From Ostrea edulis (taxonomy: Eukaryota), in NCBI RefSeq assembly GCF_947568905.1, contig NC_079168.1, positions 73,966,001-74,030,000 of the forward strand: a DNA stretch of 64,000 nucleotides. The letters are read 5' to 3'. The position numbers and the translations under genes are program-made. Of the stretch, positions 13,615 through 26,172 are shown in pieces. How positions within the stretch are numbered: the first letter of the stretch is position 1; each line of letters opens with the position of its first letter. The notes beneath the pieces were generated by a model. The model worked only from the letters and a program-made list of their open reading frames with translations. It did no database searches and was not told where the DNA came from.

Positions 13615-14290
13615 AACATAGATGTCAACTTAGAGAGTTGTGCAAACACGGACCCCTGGATATACCAGATCAGGTGCCTAGGAGGATTATGCATTCCCCT
13701 GTCGATCGGTCACACCCGCCGTGAGTCCTACATCTTGATCAGGTAAACGGAGTTATCCGTAGTCAAACTCAGTGTGCCAAGAACGGCCTAACAATCGGTA
13801 TAACTTTAGGTTCTCTATCGTCAACTTCCTTTATTTGTGTAACAACATTCCATTAACACCTACTGTGTTTATGTCTCTCAACTGATTCGATGCGTGAGAG
13901 CATGTTCTGCGTATAATCAAGTTTTAAAAATCGAGACAGGCCACTGACAAACATGTTCATGTCAGGGATTTCAACAGTCTTGTTTAAAATCAGCATTTTG
14001 CAAATTTTATGGTCGTTATAATGGTCTAATTTACAAATGCAAGCTATGATTAGGTTGGATGTTTTTTGAAGTGTCTTATAGTGTCAGACCATACTATAGA
14101 TACTGATTTTTATTACGGATTACTCCGTTTACCTAATATAGATATAGGGCTCACAGCGGTATGATCGGTCAACAGGGGATGCTTACTTCTCTTGGGTACC
14201 TCTAATATATCCAGGGGTCCGTGTTTGCCCAACTCAGTCTCTATTTTGTATCCCTTGTGGGAGTTTTAAGATTGATCACTTAAGATTGAT
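13615..14290 (+). mobile_element. Penelope-like element remnant: inverted terminal-repeat part (13615-13800) then RT C-terminal part and terminal repeat
   Basis: 13810-14010 resembles 40310-40540 (SIVNF..NIP..VY.SQLIR, FCKFYGRY); 13630-13800 is the reverse complement of the 14110-14250-type sequence. Limits approx. Confidence 0.65.
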
Positions 14291-15335
14291 CGATCCTCAT
14301 GTGATGTAATAGGTTTTTACAAAATCTTTATTTAATCAAATTTTGCACATGATTGAAATGTATCATTCAGAGGAATTTTATTCACTGAATAAAATAAAAA
14401 ATTTGGTAATTTTTTGATACTGAAAAAGTTTTTATTTTCCATAGATAATCAGTTATTTATAATTTTTAAAATGCAATAACTTCTATGCTAGAATTTCCTC
14501 TTCTGCACGTCTGTGACATGATGATTTCACTAATATCCACAATTAATTTTTATATATCTATGAATTATCAGATTTGTTAAACTGTTGACATTTAAAATTT
14601 GTCATTTCAACAAGTTTTCATTAATTTTCATCATTCTGTTTAACGAAAATGTGCGATGTTTTTATGTTGATATATGCTTCTGTTTTTGTATGTCTGACAT
14701 CTTTAAAAGGGTGGCAACATACACATTTTCTTTAGTTATTTATTAGATTAAACTATATTGAGTGGAAATTAATACAGTTTTTTTCCACTTTAAACCATTA
14801 ATATTGATAAATCACATAAGGATCAACCCACCTTCAGAAATAATGTTCGCGTTTTCATGTATGTTTCAGGATAACCTCTGAAGTCAATAAATATTGTTTT
14901 GAAAAATGTAAAAACCGAGGCGTTAGCTGAGGTTTTTATATTTCAAACAACATTTCAAGACCGAGGAGACCAACGAAAGAGGTGAGGTGGTAGGCGTATT
15001 CTAAATATATTTTGAAAAAAATATTTCAAGTATTTAGTTTGGTGTTAATGGATTATATCAATTGCTTTGAATACAGTTCAAGAAAAACTTGTCTGTGCAT
15101 CTCATGTTTTCATGTGTAACGCTATCGGAATACAGACGATTGGTTAATACTGAATGTCAAATGTTCTTCAGTCATTTATGAGTTTGCTCTACAACATATA
15201 TTGATTGATTTTTATGATTATAGAATTGAATCATCAATCATCGACTTTATTGTTGCATTAGCAAAACTCTGTGTATCAATTTTCTCATAATCAGTTAATA
15301 CGTATGAAGGTATATCATAGAATAATGACCGCGGT

Positions 15336-15369
<34 letters not shown>

Positions 15370-15555
15370 ATTCGTTATCTTCACCTTTCACAAAAGTTAT
15401 TTATTTTACTTAATAATATCACCCTTATAGTGTTTTATGCATTATTTTCTTCTAGTGATCAGCCATTCAATTTTTTAAATCAAACTCCACTGTGATTCTA
15501 CGCGCAAGTATTCTGAAGTTCATATTGAAATGTTGGGAGTTCCTCATAAACAATT

Positions 15556-15725
15556 TGTTATATTTAGAGTTACTCCCCCTTGACTGTAATTGATTAGCTA
15601 CTGCAGCCTCATTTTGGAGTTGGAATAAAAGCTGTGAAGCTGAGAACACGTGTTGGATATTGGTGTTTCAGATTGGCCCTTCTTAGTGTCTGAGGCCAGT
15701 CCATATTACGAACACAATTATTACA
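15556..15725 (+). repeat. 5' LTR (170 bp)
   Basis: Identical to 26809-26978 except two substitutions (cctc/cccc, ggat/gggt); contains aataaa. Confidence 0.95.
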
Positions 15726-15731
15726 TGGTGT

Positions 15732-16131
15732 AAAACTTATACGGTACCAATTTTGATGCACCAGATGCGCATTTCGACAAAATTTTATAATGTCTCTTCA
15801 GTGATGCTCAACCGAAATATAACAATGAAGTTTTAGAGCTATTATAGCCAAAAACAGCGTGCCAAAAAGAGTGGAGTCAAATTCGTCTAAGGATAAGAGC
15901 TATGCATGAGGGAGATAATCCTTAATTTTGAAATGAATTTCTAAATTTTATAACAGCAATTAAATATACATCCGTATTTTCAAGCTAGTAACGAAGTACT
16001 TGCTACTGGGCTGTAGAGACCCTCGGGACTAACAGTCCACCAGCAGAGACTAACCCTAACCCAGGGGTCATAATGTAAAACTTATACGGTACCAATTTTG
16101 ATGCACCAGATGCGCATTTCGACAAATGTCT
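15732..16131 (-). mobile_element. ~400-bp retrozyme/PLE-terminal-repeat-like insertion (345-bp unit plus partial repeat)
   Basis: ~50-bp direct repeat at 15729 and 16074; flanked by duplicated CATGGTGT (15724-15731, 16132-16139); carries a hammerhead motif on the minus strand. Confidence 0.8.
15758..15807 (-). ncRNA. Minimal type I hammerhead ribozyme
   Basis: Minus strand GCATCA-CTGAAGA-GACA(11 nt)TGTC-GAAA-TGCGCA-TC^TGGTGC: CUGANGA and GAAA core, 4-bp stem II, palindromic stem III (ATGCGCAT), 6-bp stem I with one G-U, AUC cleavage triplet (C at 15764). Confidence 0.82.
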
Positions 16132-16179
16132 CATGGTGTCAGATCATCATCGGACCCTAGAAAACACGGTTACAGAGGA

Positions 16180-17025
16180 AGGTGTCGGATCTAACCGGAC
16201 TTCCGATCCCCAGAATGGACTGGGATAGCTCAAATCTCCCAGAAACATGGCGGAAATTCCAGTCTACAGTCGAGCTTATGTTCAAGGGACCGTTAGCGGC
16301 CAAAGACGAGCCTATTAAAGTCACGTACCTATAATTATGGGTTGACGAACGAGGACGAGAAATTGCAGATACCTGGACAGATATGAGTGAGACAGATAAG
16401 AAGAAATTGGTTCCCCATTACGAGAGATTTCAGAAGCACGTGCAGCTCAACCCCATTTTCGCCAGGTACAAATTTAATTTAACCAGTCAAGGAAACGACA
16501 CAATTGAAGAATTTCTAACAAGGTTAAAGACACTTGTCAAAGACTGCAATTATACTGACCCGGAAGAAATGATCAGAGATCGTCTAGTTTTCGGTGTGTT
16601 GGAGGAGAAAGCACGTGAAAAACTCAAACGCAGGATCAGACCTGACGCTAGACAAAGCTGTCCAAATTCTACAAACATACGAATACAGCCAGATACAGTT
16701 GAAGACCATGAAATACAGATGAAGAGCAAATTACATCGTGCACAGTCCGGCATTAATCGTGGGAGACAAGCATATTGCCAAGGAAACGCGAAACGTCAAC
16801 CCAGAAAAGCTCCATCCCTGCCCGATAACAATCGCGACAGACCACAGACGAAAGGCGCATCTGGCAGAGATCCACACAGATCTACGAGGTACTAGTATTC
16901 TAACCCTACTGGTCAGTGCAAAAATTGCGGTTATGACCACAGCCAACAAGATCGCTGCCCAGCGAGAGGAAAGCAGTGTATAAAGTGCAAAAAATATAAT
17001 CATTTTGCGAAAGTTTGTAAATCTA
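16180..17025 (+). pseudogene. Gypsy gag (frameshifted) with Cys/His zinc-knuckle region
   Basis: NPIFARYKF..Q..DTIEEFLTRLKTLVKDCNY..EEMIRDRLVFGV; at 16915-17020 CKNCGYDH...CPARGKQCIKCKKYNHFAKVC. Start approx. Confidence 0.85.
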
Positions 17026-17169
17026 TATACATTGTATTCTCTTAATGTCAATGATGAGATGTACACACATTATGAGAAATCTGTAGATTCGAGTAGTTCA
17101 GATGAATTTGTTATTGATAGCATTTCAGATGTGTCAGAAATCACTTGTTCAAATGACCAAACATTTTGT

Positions 17170-20100
17170 ATATTGAAAGTTCACACTGGTACAATACCTA
17201 AGTCTGTCAGATCGATACTGAATCTCAGGTCAATATCATGCCTAAGAGAGTGTTTGATGCACTTAAGCTTTCAGAAGATCACAGTGTAGAGATCATATCT
17301 AGTAGTGCCAATCTCACTTTGAAATGTACTTAAGAAGAGAAGTCTATGTTTGTCAAGTTTCATGTTATTGACACATGTTCAGCTGCTATATTAGGTCTGA
17401 AAGATTGTTTAACATTTAAGTTGATCAAACTTGTATATGCATGTAACACCACTAGTCAAGTACCCACCAGCAATCCCAGGGCCACACCCCAGGATAAAGG
17501 ACCTGCCTCAGAACCCCTCTCAAAACACAACTCTATCGACAGCACTGGGACCCCTAGCCCTAAGCGGGACCACACCCCCTCTACAGGGATCCTCTCCAAA
17601 GACAAAGTTTTGTCAGAGTATGGCGACATATTTGAAGGAATTGGGAAATTTCCGGGGGAATGCACCATCCAAATTGATACTTCAGTAGCCCCAGTAATTC
17701 ACCCCCCCACGTAAGGTACCCCTTGCCCTTCACGAGAAACTTTCACAGGAACTGACACGTATGGAGTCAGAGTGCATAATAGCAAAAGTCCCAGAGCCAA
17801 CCCAGTGGGTAAACTCGCTCGTTGTAGTTGAGACTTGTAGTAAGCTCAGGGTATGTGTAGACCCCAGGGACCTTAACAAAGCAATACAAAGACCCCACTA
17901 AGGATTGAGAACCTTAGAAGATGTTCTCCCAGAACTTACGGGTGCAAAAGTATTCACCAAGCTTGACCTTCGTTGCGGTTATTGGACAATTCCCTTATCC
18001 ACGGAATCATCATATTTAACCACTTTTAATACCCCATTTGGGAGGTATAAATACTTGAGACTACCATTTGGGTTGAAATCATCACAGGAGGGTATATCTG
18101 GTGTCATTGCCCTTATGGTCAAACCCGAGCAGAGCATGATCAAGCTCTTCATAAGGTCTTGGCAAAAGCAAGACAAACAGGTCTCAAATTCAACAAAGAT
18201 AAGCTGCATGTAGCAGTTGACAAGGTCAAATATTTCGGTCACATTCTTACCTCGAGTGGAATTGAACCTGACCCGAAAAAAGTGGCTGCTATTCGAGACA
18301 TGCCACCCCCTTCCAGCAAAGCCGAGCTCCAGACTGTTCTCGGAATGATGACCTACTTATCTAAGTTTGCCCCTAATTTGTCCAACATTACCAGCCCCAT
18401 GCGTAAACTTCTCGCACAAAATACAGTTTGCATGGGGTCAAAAGCATTTTAACCGCTAGCCCTGGTCCAATTCTTAGATATTTTGACCCATCTAAGCCAA
18501 TAGTACTCCAAGTTGATGCTTCAAAACATGGCCTTGGCGCAGCCCTGATACAGGAAGGCAAGCCTATTGCATATGCCTCGAAATCTTTTACTCCTAGCGA
18601 ATCCAAATAGAGAATGAGCTATTTGCAATTGTTTTCGGATGCAAGCGCTTTCACCATTATATTTTTTTTTATTGGTTTTTGTACACATAATAAAGTACAT
18701 GAATACAACAAGTCATATATAATTATCATTATGTGCATGGAGAGAGATAGTGAGAAAGAGAGAAAAAGAGAGATGCATGTTTTAAGTAAATATTAAGTTC
18801 CATCTGTTCCATTGAGTATCAATTTTTTTCTTTTCACCATTCTTATATGCTATATATTTGTGTGTTTCATAAAATAATTTCATTTCTGATATTGCAGCGG
18901 GCAAGTTTAAAGGTTTCTTAGTGCATCTTGCAGTATAGACATAATACTTCAGAAATAAAATAATAATGTTTTGTATATCACTATTATTTTCAATACAAGC
19001 TAAAATAAAGGATTTCTTTGTAATTGTAATCTGTCGCTCAGTCTTGTCTTCTAAAAATTGTTTGAATTCTACAAGAAATAATTGTAAACAATTACATTCC
19101 CATAAAATATGTTCTATTGTTTCCTCTTCAGAGTGACAAAAGTTGCAATATTTAGAATCTATTCTTTTTATTTTGAACAATAATGAATTTGTTGCTAAAA
19201 TTTTGTTTATAATTCTGTACTGAAACCAGTGGAGCTTACAGTCTTTTGTCACTCTGAAGGGCATTTTGTGGATTATTTTCCATTCCCTGTCGTCTACATC
19301 TAAAAGCTCACTCCATTTCTTTTTGCCAGCTGAGACCGAGTTATTTTTATTAAGAATTTCATAAAAAAAAATTTGATTTGTAACATTTCAAAATTGTGTA
19401 AGTATTTGTCATAATTAATGGACTTGTGAGCTTCATGATGTTTTTTTCAGGGTCTGAGTTTTTTTATCCATGCTCTTACTGCATGGATAATGCTGTTGTA
19501 TTCTAAAAAAAATTATCCTAATGTTTGTATAAATATCACAAAAATGTTTAAAACTAAAAAGTGAACCATCTTCATTAATAATATCATTAATCAGTCTGAT
19601 GTTGCTGTCAAACATTTGTTTATTAAAAAATGGTTTTCCACCAATATGAATCTGTGGGTTATAAAATAGAGGTTTCACCATTATATTTATGGTCGCAATA
19701 TCACTGTCCAATCAGATCATAAGCCACTTGTTCCAATCTTTAAGAAACCCTTTCATGCTGCCCCTCCCCGTCTCCAAATGATGTTGTTACAACTAGGCAA
19801 TTATGACCTTGATGTCATCTATATACCAAGTACTAAGATCCCACTGGCCGACACGCTGTCTCGCAAACATTTGCCAAACAGTTACCCACAGTACTCAAAG
19901 GGCATGGACTCTCATGTTCATAGCATCATTAGTAGGGTACCCAGCACAAGCCGTAGGTTAGATGATATTTGCATCGCAACTGCAAATGACCTGAACCTCC
20001 AAACCTTAATCAAGACCATTCTGAATGGCTGGCCTACTGAAAGGAAGTCGTGTGACTCCTCTCTTATAGAATTTTGGAACTACAGAGATGAATTGTCCTA

Positions 20101-20979
20101 CATAGATGGACTTGTGCTAAAAGGTCATAAGATTCTTATCCCAAGGTCACTCCGTAACCAAATACTAGGCAGCCTCCACATAGGTCATGCAGACATCGAG
20201 AAGACCCTCCGTAGAGCGCGTACTGTCCTATTTTGGCCCGGTCTCCATACTGATGTACAAAAACTTGTATCTAGTTGCCCGCAGTGTTTGTCTTATAGAA
20301 ATTCAAACCCCAAAGAACCCCTTAACCCCCATCCAACACCTGACTACCCTTGGCAAGTAGTTGACACAGACTTGTTCCAATGGGACGAGAAGGATTATTT
20401 GATTGTAGTAGATTACTACAGCCGTTACTTTGAGGTGACCCACCTTAGTACAACCACTAGTAAATCCATTGTAAAGCAAATAAAGTCAATCTTCTCAAGA
20501 TTTGGCATACCCGAAAAAGTAGTGTCTGACAACGGGCCCCAATACAGCTCCTCGGAATTCACCAACTTTGCTTCAGATTATGGGTTTAACCATGATACTT
20601 CCAGTCCAAAATACCCTCAATCAAATGGACTAGCCGAAAGAACTGTCCAAACTATCAAAAGAATATTTCAGAAGTCTAAGGGTAACAAAAGCGACCCCCA
20701 CCTAGGGATCTTGGAATATCGAAACACACCTATCGACAACTTAGGTTACTCCCCTGCTGAGTTATTGCAAGGTCGACAGCTCAGGTCAATATTACCTGTA
20801 CTGCCCTCCCAGCTTGCCCCACAGGTTCTAGACCATCATAAGGTTGTTGTAAATATGCAGAACTGTAAGGATAAGACCTCAAAGACTTATAGTAGGTCAA
20901 GCCATGAGTTGTTGCCATTAACTGAAGGTGAAAATATTCGATTTCAGCAGGATTCCAAGTTATGGAAACCTGGCCACAT
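17170..20979 (+). pseudogene. Gypsy pol (protease, RT, RNase H, integrase), disrupted; resumes at 26284
   Basis: QIDTESQVNIMP (mutated DTG), FTKLDLRCGYWTIPL, FNTPFGRYKYLRLPFGL, LQVDASKHGLGA, SDHKPL, integrase HHCC and DLF..VVDYYSR..VSDNGPQY..NGLAERTVQ; after the L1, RSYLVK..FRRNRRH at 26300-26360. Confidence 0.9.
18665..19672 (-). mobile_element. 5'-truncated L1/Tx1-clade LINE copy inserted in Gypsy RNase H
   Basis: Minus strand encodes ORF2 C-terminus (WFQYRIINKILATN, YCNFCHSEEETIEHILWEC) and ends in poly(A); 16-bp TSD TTTCACCATTATATTT at 18649-18664 and 19673-19688; removal restores KRFHHYIYGRNITVQSDHKPL. Confidence 0.92.
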
Positions 20980-21142
20980 CTTTACATCGAGAAAAACTTG
21001 CAACCGTACTTTGAATACAGGATTATTCCAATTTCTGTGATTCGTGAGTACTATTTACGATTTACTACAGTGTAGTAGAGCGCCTTAAAATTTTTTTGTT
21101 GAGCATCTCCTTTGTCGAACTTTTAAATTCAGGTGCGTTATT

Positions 21143-21985
21143 ATGGCAAATACCAGAAAAGGATCGGAGAAAAATAAAACATTGTCCGAGAAAAGTGATG
21201 ATACTGCTGGATTAAGTGATCAAACTTTGGCAGCCATTAGGTCTGACTTACGGGAAATTAAAGAAAACTTACAAAAAACAGTGAAAACATGTGATCTTGA
21301 ATCCATGGTAACAAATATTGTAACAGGTCTCCTTAAAAGTTATGAGAAAGAGGCAGAAAAACGTGAAACACAGTTAAAACAAAAAATAGACAGGCTTACA
21401 ACGGACGTTGATAAACTAACGATGGAAAACGAAACCCTACGGGAAAAAATTTGTGAGGCAAATAAAAATAACAGGGATCTACAAAAAGAGATGGATGAAG
21501 TCCGTGATTTAGCGACATTTTCCACAGTGAAATCGAATTACAATGAACAGTACAGTCGAAAAAATAACATCAAAATATATGGCATCCCAGAAACAAAAGG
21601 AGAAAACATCGTAGAGGTAGTAAAATCTACATTGAAAAAGAAGGGGTGTGTGGAAGTTGACCATCGAGACATTGAGGCGGTGCAACGCATTCCAGGATCC
21701 AGACCAAACGCACCAAGACCCATCCTAATGAAGATGAGAAACAACGACAAAAAGGCGAACATAATGCGATGCAGATCTGCTGTGAAGGACTCGCCGGGTA
21801 ATGTTCGTCTTGGGGACGACGTCACCAAGGAGAACAGAGAATTGATTGTTCGCCTTATAGACCATGAGAGCATAACATCTGCTTGGTACTTTAATGGTTC
21901 TGTTTGTGGTAACGTAAAAGGAAAGCGAGTGAAGTTCGATATACTCGATGACATTGACTTCAAAGTGAAAAAAATCCGGGAATAA
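21143..21985 (+). CDS. LINE ORF1 protein (coiled coil plus RRM-like), 280 aa, open
   Basis: Heptad-rich N-half, then NEQYSRKNNIKIYGIPE and DIEAVQRIPG..PRPILMK typical of L1-type ORF1p; position upstream of ORF2. Confidence 0.85.
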   Translation: MANTRKGSEKNKTLSEKSDDTAGLSDQTLAAIRSDLREIKENLQKTVKTCDLESMVTNIVTGLLKSYEKEAEKRETQLKQKIDRLTTDVDKLTMENETLREKICEANKNNRDLQKEMDEVRDLATFSTVKSNYNEQYSRKNNIKIYGIPETKGENIVEVVKSTLKKKGCVEVDHRDIEAVQRIPGSRPNAPRPILMKMRNNDKKANIMRCRSAVKDSPGNVRLGDDVTKENRELIVRLIDHESITSAWYFNGSVCGNVKGKRVKFDILDDIDFKVKKIRE

Positions 21986-22312
21986 AATTTCCATCCGATA
22001 TCGATTTAGACTTTAGTGTTGATTTATTGTACTTCCGGTGTCATAACGAAAAATGATTTTGGACATCTGCCATCCAAACAAAGTGACTCTCACGTCTCAC
22101 AGCTTGATTTTTCAGTTAGATTTTGTTTTTATTGACAACTGATAATCTTAATTTAACTGTATTATACATATATGTATTTCTACTTCTTTCTCTTTTCTAT
22201 CTCTATCCCCATTTCTCTGTCAACAAACTTCAACATGGTTCCATGGGTTCCAGTGGGTATCACTTTAGTCTCAGTAAGTTTATTTATTTATTTTTTCCCT
22301 TTTGTAATCTGA

Positions 22313-25300
22313 ATGGTTAGAATTATTTCAGTAAATTGCCAAAGTTTAGGTGATATTGCGAAACGCAAGGACGTATTTAACTACCTAAGAGCTTTGGAGT
22401 GTAATATTTATTGTTTGCAAGATACACATTTTTCACATGATACTGAAGATGAAATAAGGAACTTGTGGGGATACCAGTGCTTCTTCAGTTCATATTCTAC
22501 AAACTCCAAGGGAATTGCAATTCTAATCAATAATAATTTTGACTTTAAACCTCTGATAGAAAAGGGTGACATTGATGGAAATTATTTTATACTTAAAGCA
22601 TGTATAGAAGGTCATGAAGTATTAATTTGTACTATTTATGGTCCTAATAATGATACACCACTATTTTTTGAAAATATACAAAATCACATTGATGATATGC
22701 AATGCAGTAATATTATTTGGTGTGGTGATTTTAATCTGGTTCTAAACCCAGACTTGGATTATTATAACTACAAATATATTAATAATTCAAAAGCAAGAGA
22801 TAAAGTTTTAGAAATTATGGAAAGTAATTCTTACATAGACCCATTTAGACAGCTACATGAAAATATTCGTAGATACTCATGGAGAAGAAAAACTCCATTG
22901 AAACAAAGTAGGTTAGATTTCTTTTTAATATCCGAGACTCTTTTGTCTGGGCTAGAAATGTGTACTATAGAACCTAGTTATAGGTCAGATCACTCAATGA
23001 TATCCTTGAAGATATCTTTTAATGACTTTAAGAAAGGTAGAGGGTTATGGAAGTTTAATAACTCTTTACTCTATGATGAAAATTATTTAGATTGTATCAA
23101 AGATATTATTATAAAGGTAAAGAAACAGTATGCAATCCCTGTATACAATTTTGATAACATACATGATATATCTGATGCAGACATTTCCTTCTCTATTAAC
23201 GATCAACTTTTTTTTTAGAAACATTACTTTTAGAAATAAGAGGTAAAACTATCTCTTATGCATCATATATCAAAAAGAAGAAAGAAAGAGAGGAAAAAGA
23301 ATTAAAAGAAAATATCAAATTACTAGAAGAAAATGTTTGTGACAGCAATATCAATGAACTGTGTAGTAAAAAGCAAGAATTAGAAAACATTAGAAAAGAT
23401 AAGTTGCATGGTATTTATGTAAGAAGTAGAGCTAGATGGATTGAAGAAGGAGAAAAACCATCACATTATTTTTGTACGTTAGACTCTAGAAATTTCACTA
23501 GCAAAATCATACCAAGATTAGAGTGTAATGGTGGGACAGTAATTTATAAACAATCAGAAATATTAAGGGAAACAAAAACATTCTATGAACAATTATACAA
23601 GAAAAGCAATTTAAACACAATAGACTTGCACAATGATCTTGGTATTGAAGATGTTCCAAAACTTTCAAATAAAGAATCTGAATCACTAGAAGGTAACATT
23701 ACTATTGAGGAAGCCTCCAATACCCTTTACAAAATGAAATCAAACAAATCCCCAGGATCTGATGGTTTTTCTGCGGAATTCTTCAAAATGTTTTGGAAGT
23801 ATATTGGTCTTTTTGTAGTTAGGTCTATTAATTATGGGTACAAAAATAACTGTCTTTCTATTACACAAAGACATGGTATTATTACATTGTTACCAAAAGG
23901 TGACAAGCCGAGACAATATTTGAAGAATTGGAGACCAATTACTTTGTTGAATACTGTGTATAAAATTGCATTGGGCTGTATTGCGAATAGAATAAAAAGA
24001 TACTTAGACAAAATAATTAATCAAGATCAAACAGATTTCATCTCCAACAGATATATTGGAGAAAATACAAGGCTTATTTATGATATAATGCACTATACTG
24101 AAGAAGAAAATATACCTGGATTATTACTACTTATTGATTTTGAAAAAGCCTTTGATACTCTTTCATGGACATTTATACAAAAAGCGCTAAAACTTTTTAA
24201 TTTTGGCCCTTCAATTAGGAATTGGGTATCGATTTTTAATACAGACATTACATCTGCAATCAATCAAGGTGGTAATCTCTCTGATAGAATCATTATTCAG
24301 AGAGGTTTAAGACAAGGGGATCCATTATCACCATACATATTTTTGATATGTGCAGAAATATTAGCAATCCAAATTAGAATGAATAAGAATATCAAAGGCA
24401 TTACTGTAAATAATGTAGAAAAAAAGATCTCACAATTAGCTGATGATACCTCACTTATCCTTGATGGCAGTGAAGAATCTCTCGCAGAAACTTAAAACTT
24501 TAGATTATTTTTCAGAAATATCTGGACTACATATCAATTATGAAAAAACTCATGTAATATGGTTAGGTTCTAAAAAATATAGTATTGAAACTTTGCTGCC
24601 AAATACAGGCTTAGGTGGGGTACCACCAGATTTACTTTGTTAGGAATACATTTTGACATGGAATTAGATAAGATACCACAATTAAACTATGAACCAAAAT
24701 TAGTGCAGATCAAATCTATAATCAAACAATGGGAGAAAAGGTTTTTAACTCCCATAGGGAAAATTACAGTTATTAAGACATTGGTTTTGCCATTATTAAA
24801 CCATATTTTAATGTCAATCCCAAATCCTTCTGAACTCTACCTTAAGGAATTAGAAAAGATATTTTTCTTGTTTATATGGAATAATAAAATACATAGGGTC
24901 AAAAAGGAGGTCATTGTTAAAAAATATGAAGATGGGGGTTTAAGAATGGTAAACCTAATGGCATTCATAGCATCTATGAAGTTGTTTTGGATAAGATATC
25001 TCATATTTTCAAATAGAGGGATGGAACATTTTATTCCAAAGTTGGACTTAAGCAAATTAGTAAACTGTGGAATTGAATACATTACAATATTCTTGAAAAC
25101 ATTGAAAAATAAATTTTGGATAGATGTATTTAAATCATGGCTTACATTGCATAACCTTAGTAAAGAGTCTGATGTTGCTGCCGATGCACCTCTATTTTAT
25201 AACCCAAATATTCATATTGGTGGAAAACCATTTTATAATAAACAAATGTTTGACAACTTAATGATATAAGCAATGGAGATGGTTCATTTCTTGGTTTTGA

Positions 25301-26062
25301 ATCATTTTGCAATACTTATCCAAATGCAAAGATTAATTTGTTAGAATATAATAGCATTATTCATGCTGTTAAGGCTTGGGTGAAAAATTGTGGATGTGAC
25401 AAAACTATCAAAAAGCTCACAAATCCATTGATTATGTCAAATATATATACAGTGTTGAAATGCAACAAATCAAAACTTTTTTATGAAATTATAAATCAAA
25501 ATACCTCAATCACATCAGGCAAAACAAAATGGAGTGAGCTTTTGGAAGTTGACACTAAAGAATGGAAAATAATTCATAAAATACCCTTCAGAGTGACAAA
25601 AGATAGCAAAATACAATGGGTTCAATACAGAATTATAAACCGAATCTTAGCTACAAACTCTTTTATTCAAAATCAAAAAAATTGACTCAAAGTACTGCAA
25701 TCATTGTCATTCTGAAGAGGAAACAATAGAACATATTCTGTGGGAATGTGATTTTTTACAATTATTCCTAGCAGAATTTGAGCATTTTTTAGAAGATAAG
25801 ACTGATTTACCGATAGCTATTACAAAAAAATCTTTTATTCTTGGTTTTATTGAAAATAATAGTCTGATACAAAACACTATTGTCTTATGGCTTAAATACT
25901 ATGTGTACACAGCAAGATGCACTGAGAAGTCCTTGAGTGTGCGTGCTGCAATTTCACAAATGAATTTTTTTTTATGAAACTCAAAAATTTATTTCGTATA
26001 AAAATGGTAAAAAGGAAAAGTTTGATGCCCAATGGAATCGATGGAACCTTCTGTTTTCTTAA
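22313..26062 (+). pseudogene. LINE ORF2 (APE endonuclease, RT, C-terminal Zn knuckle), frameshifted
   Basis: SVNCQSL, CLQDTH, IYGPN, GDFN, SRLDFFL, SDH; KSPGSDG, WRPITLLN, DFEKAFD, RQGDPLSP, LADDT (mutated); YCNHCHSEEETIEHILWEC; breaks near 23215, 24490, 24605, 25260, 25670, 25975. Confidence 0.93.
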
Positions 26063-26136
26063 CTTCTCTCTCTTCCTCTTCTTCTTTCTCTCTCAAATCC
26101 CACATACCTTCAGCTCATATGCTTTGTTGGTTTTTT

Positions 26137-26172
<36 letters not shown>

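Noticed and set aside
16048-16062. (TAACCC)2 telomere-like hexamers inside the ribozyme unit
   Set aside because: Only two units; expected by chance and not at a junction.
18649-20979. Sequence-specific targeting by the Tx1-like LINE
   Set aside because: The two target sites share only a T-rich nick context, as in ordinary L1-type endonuclease preference.
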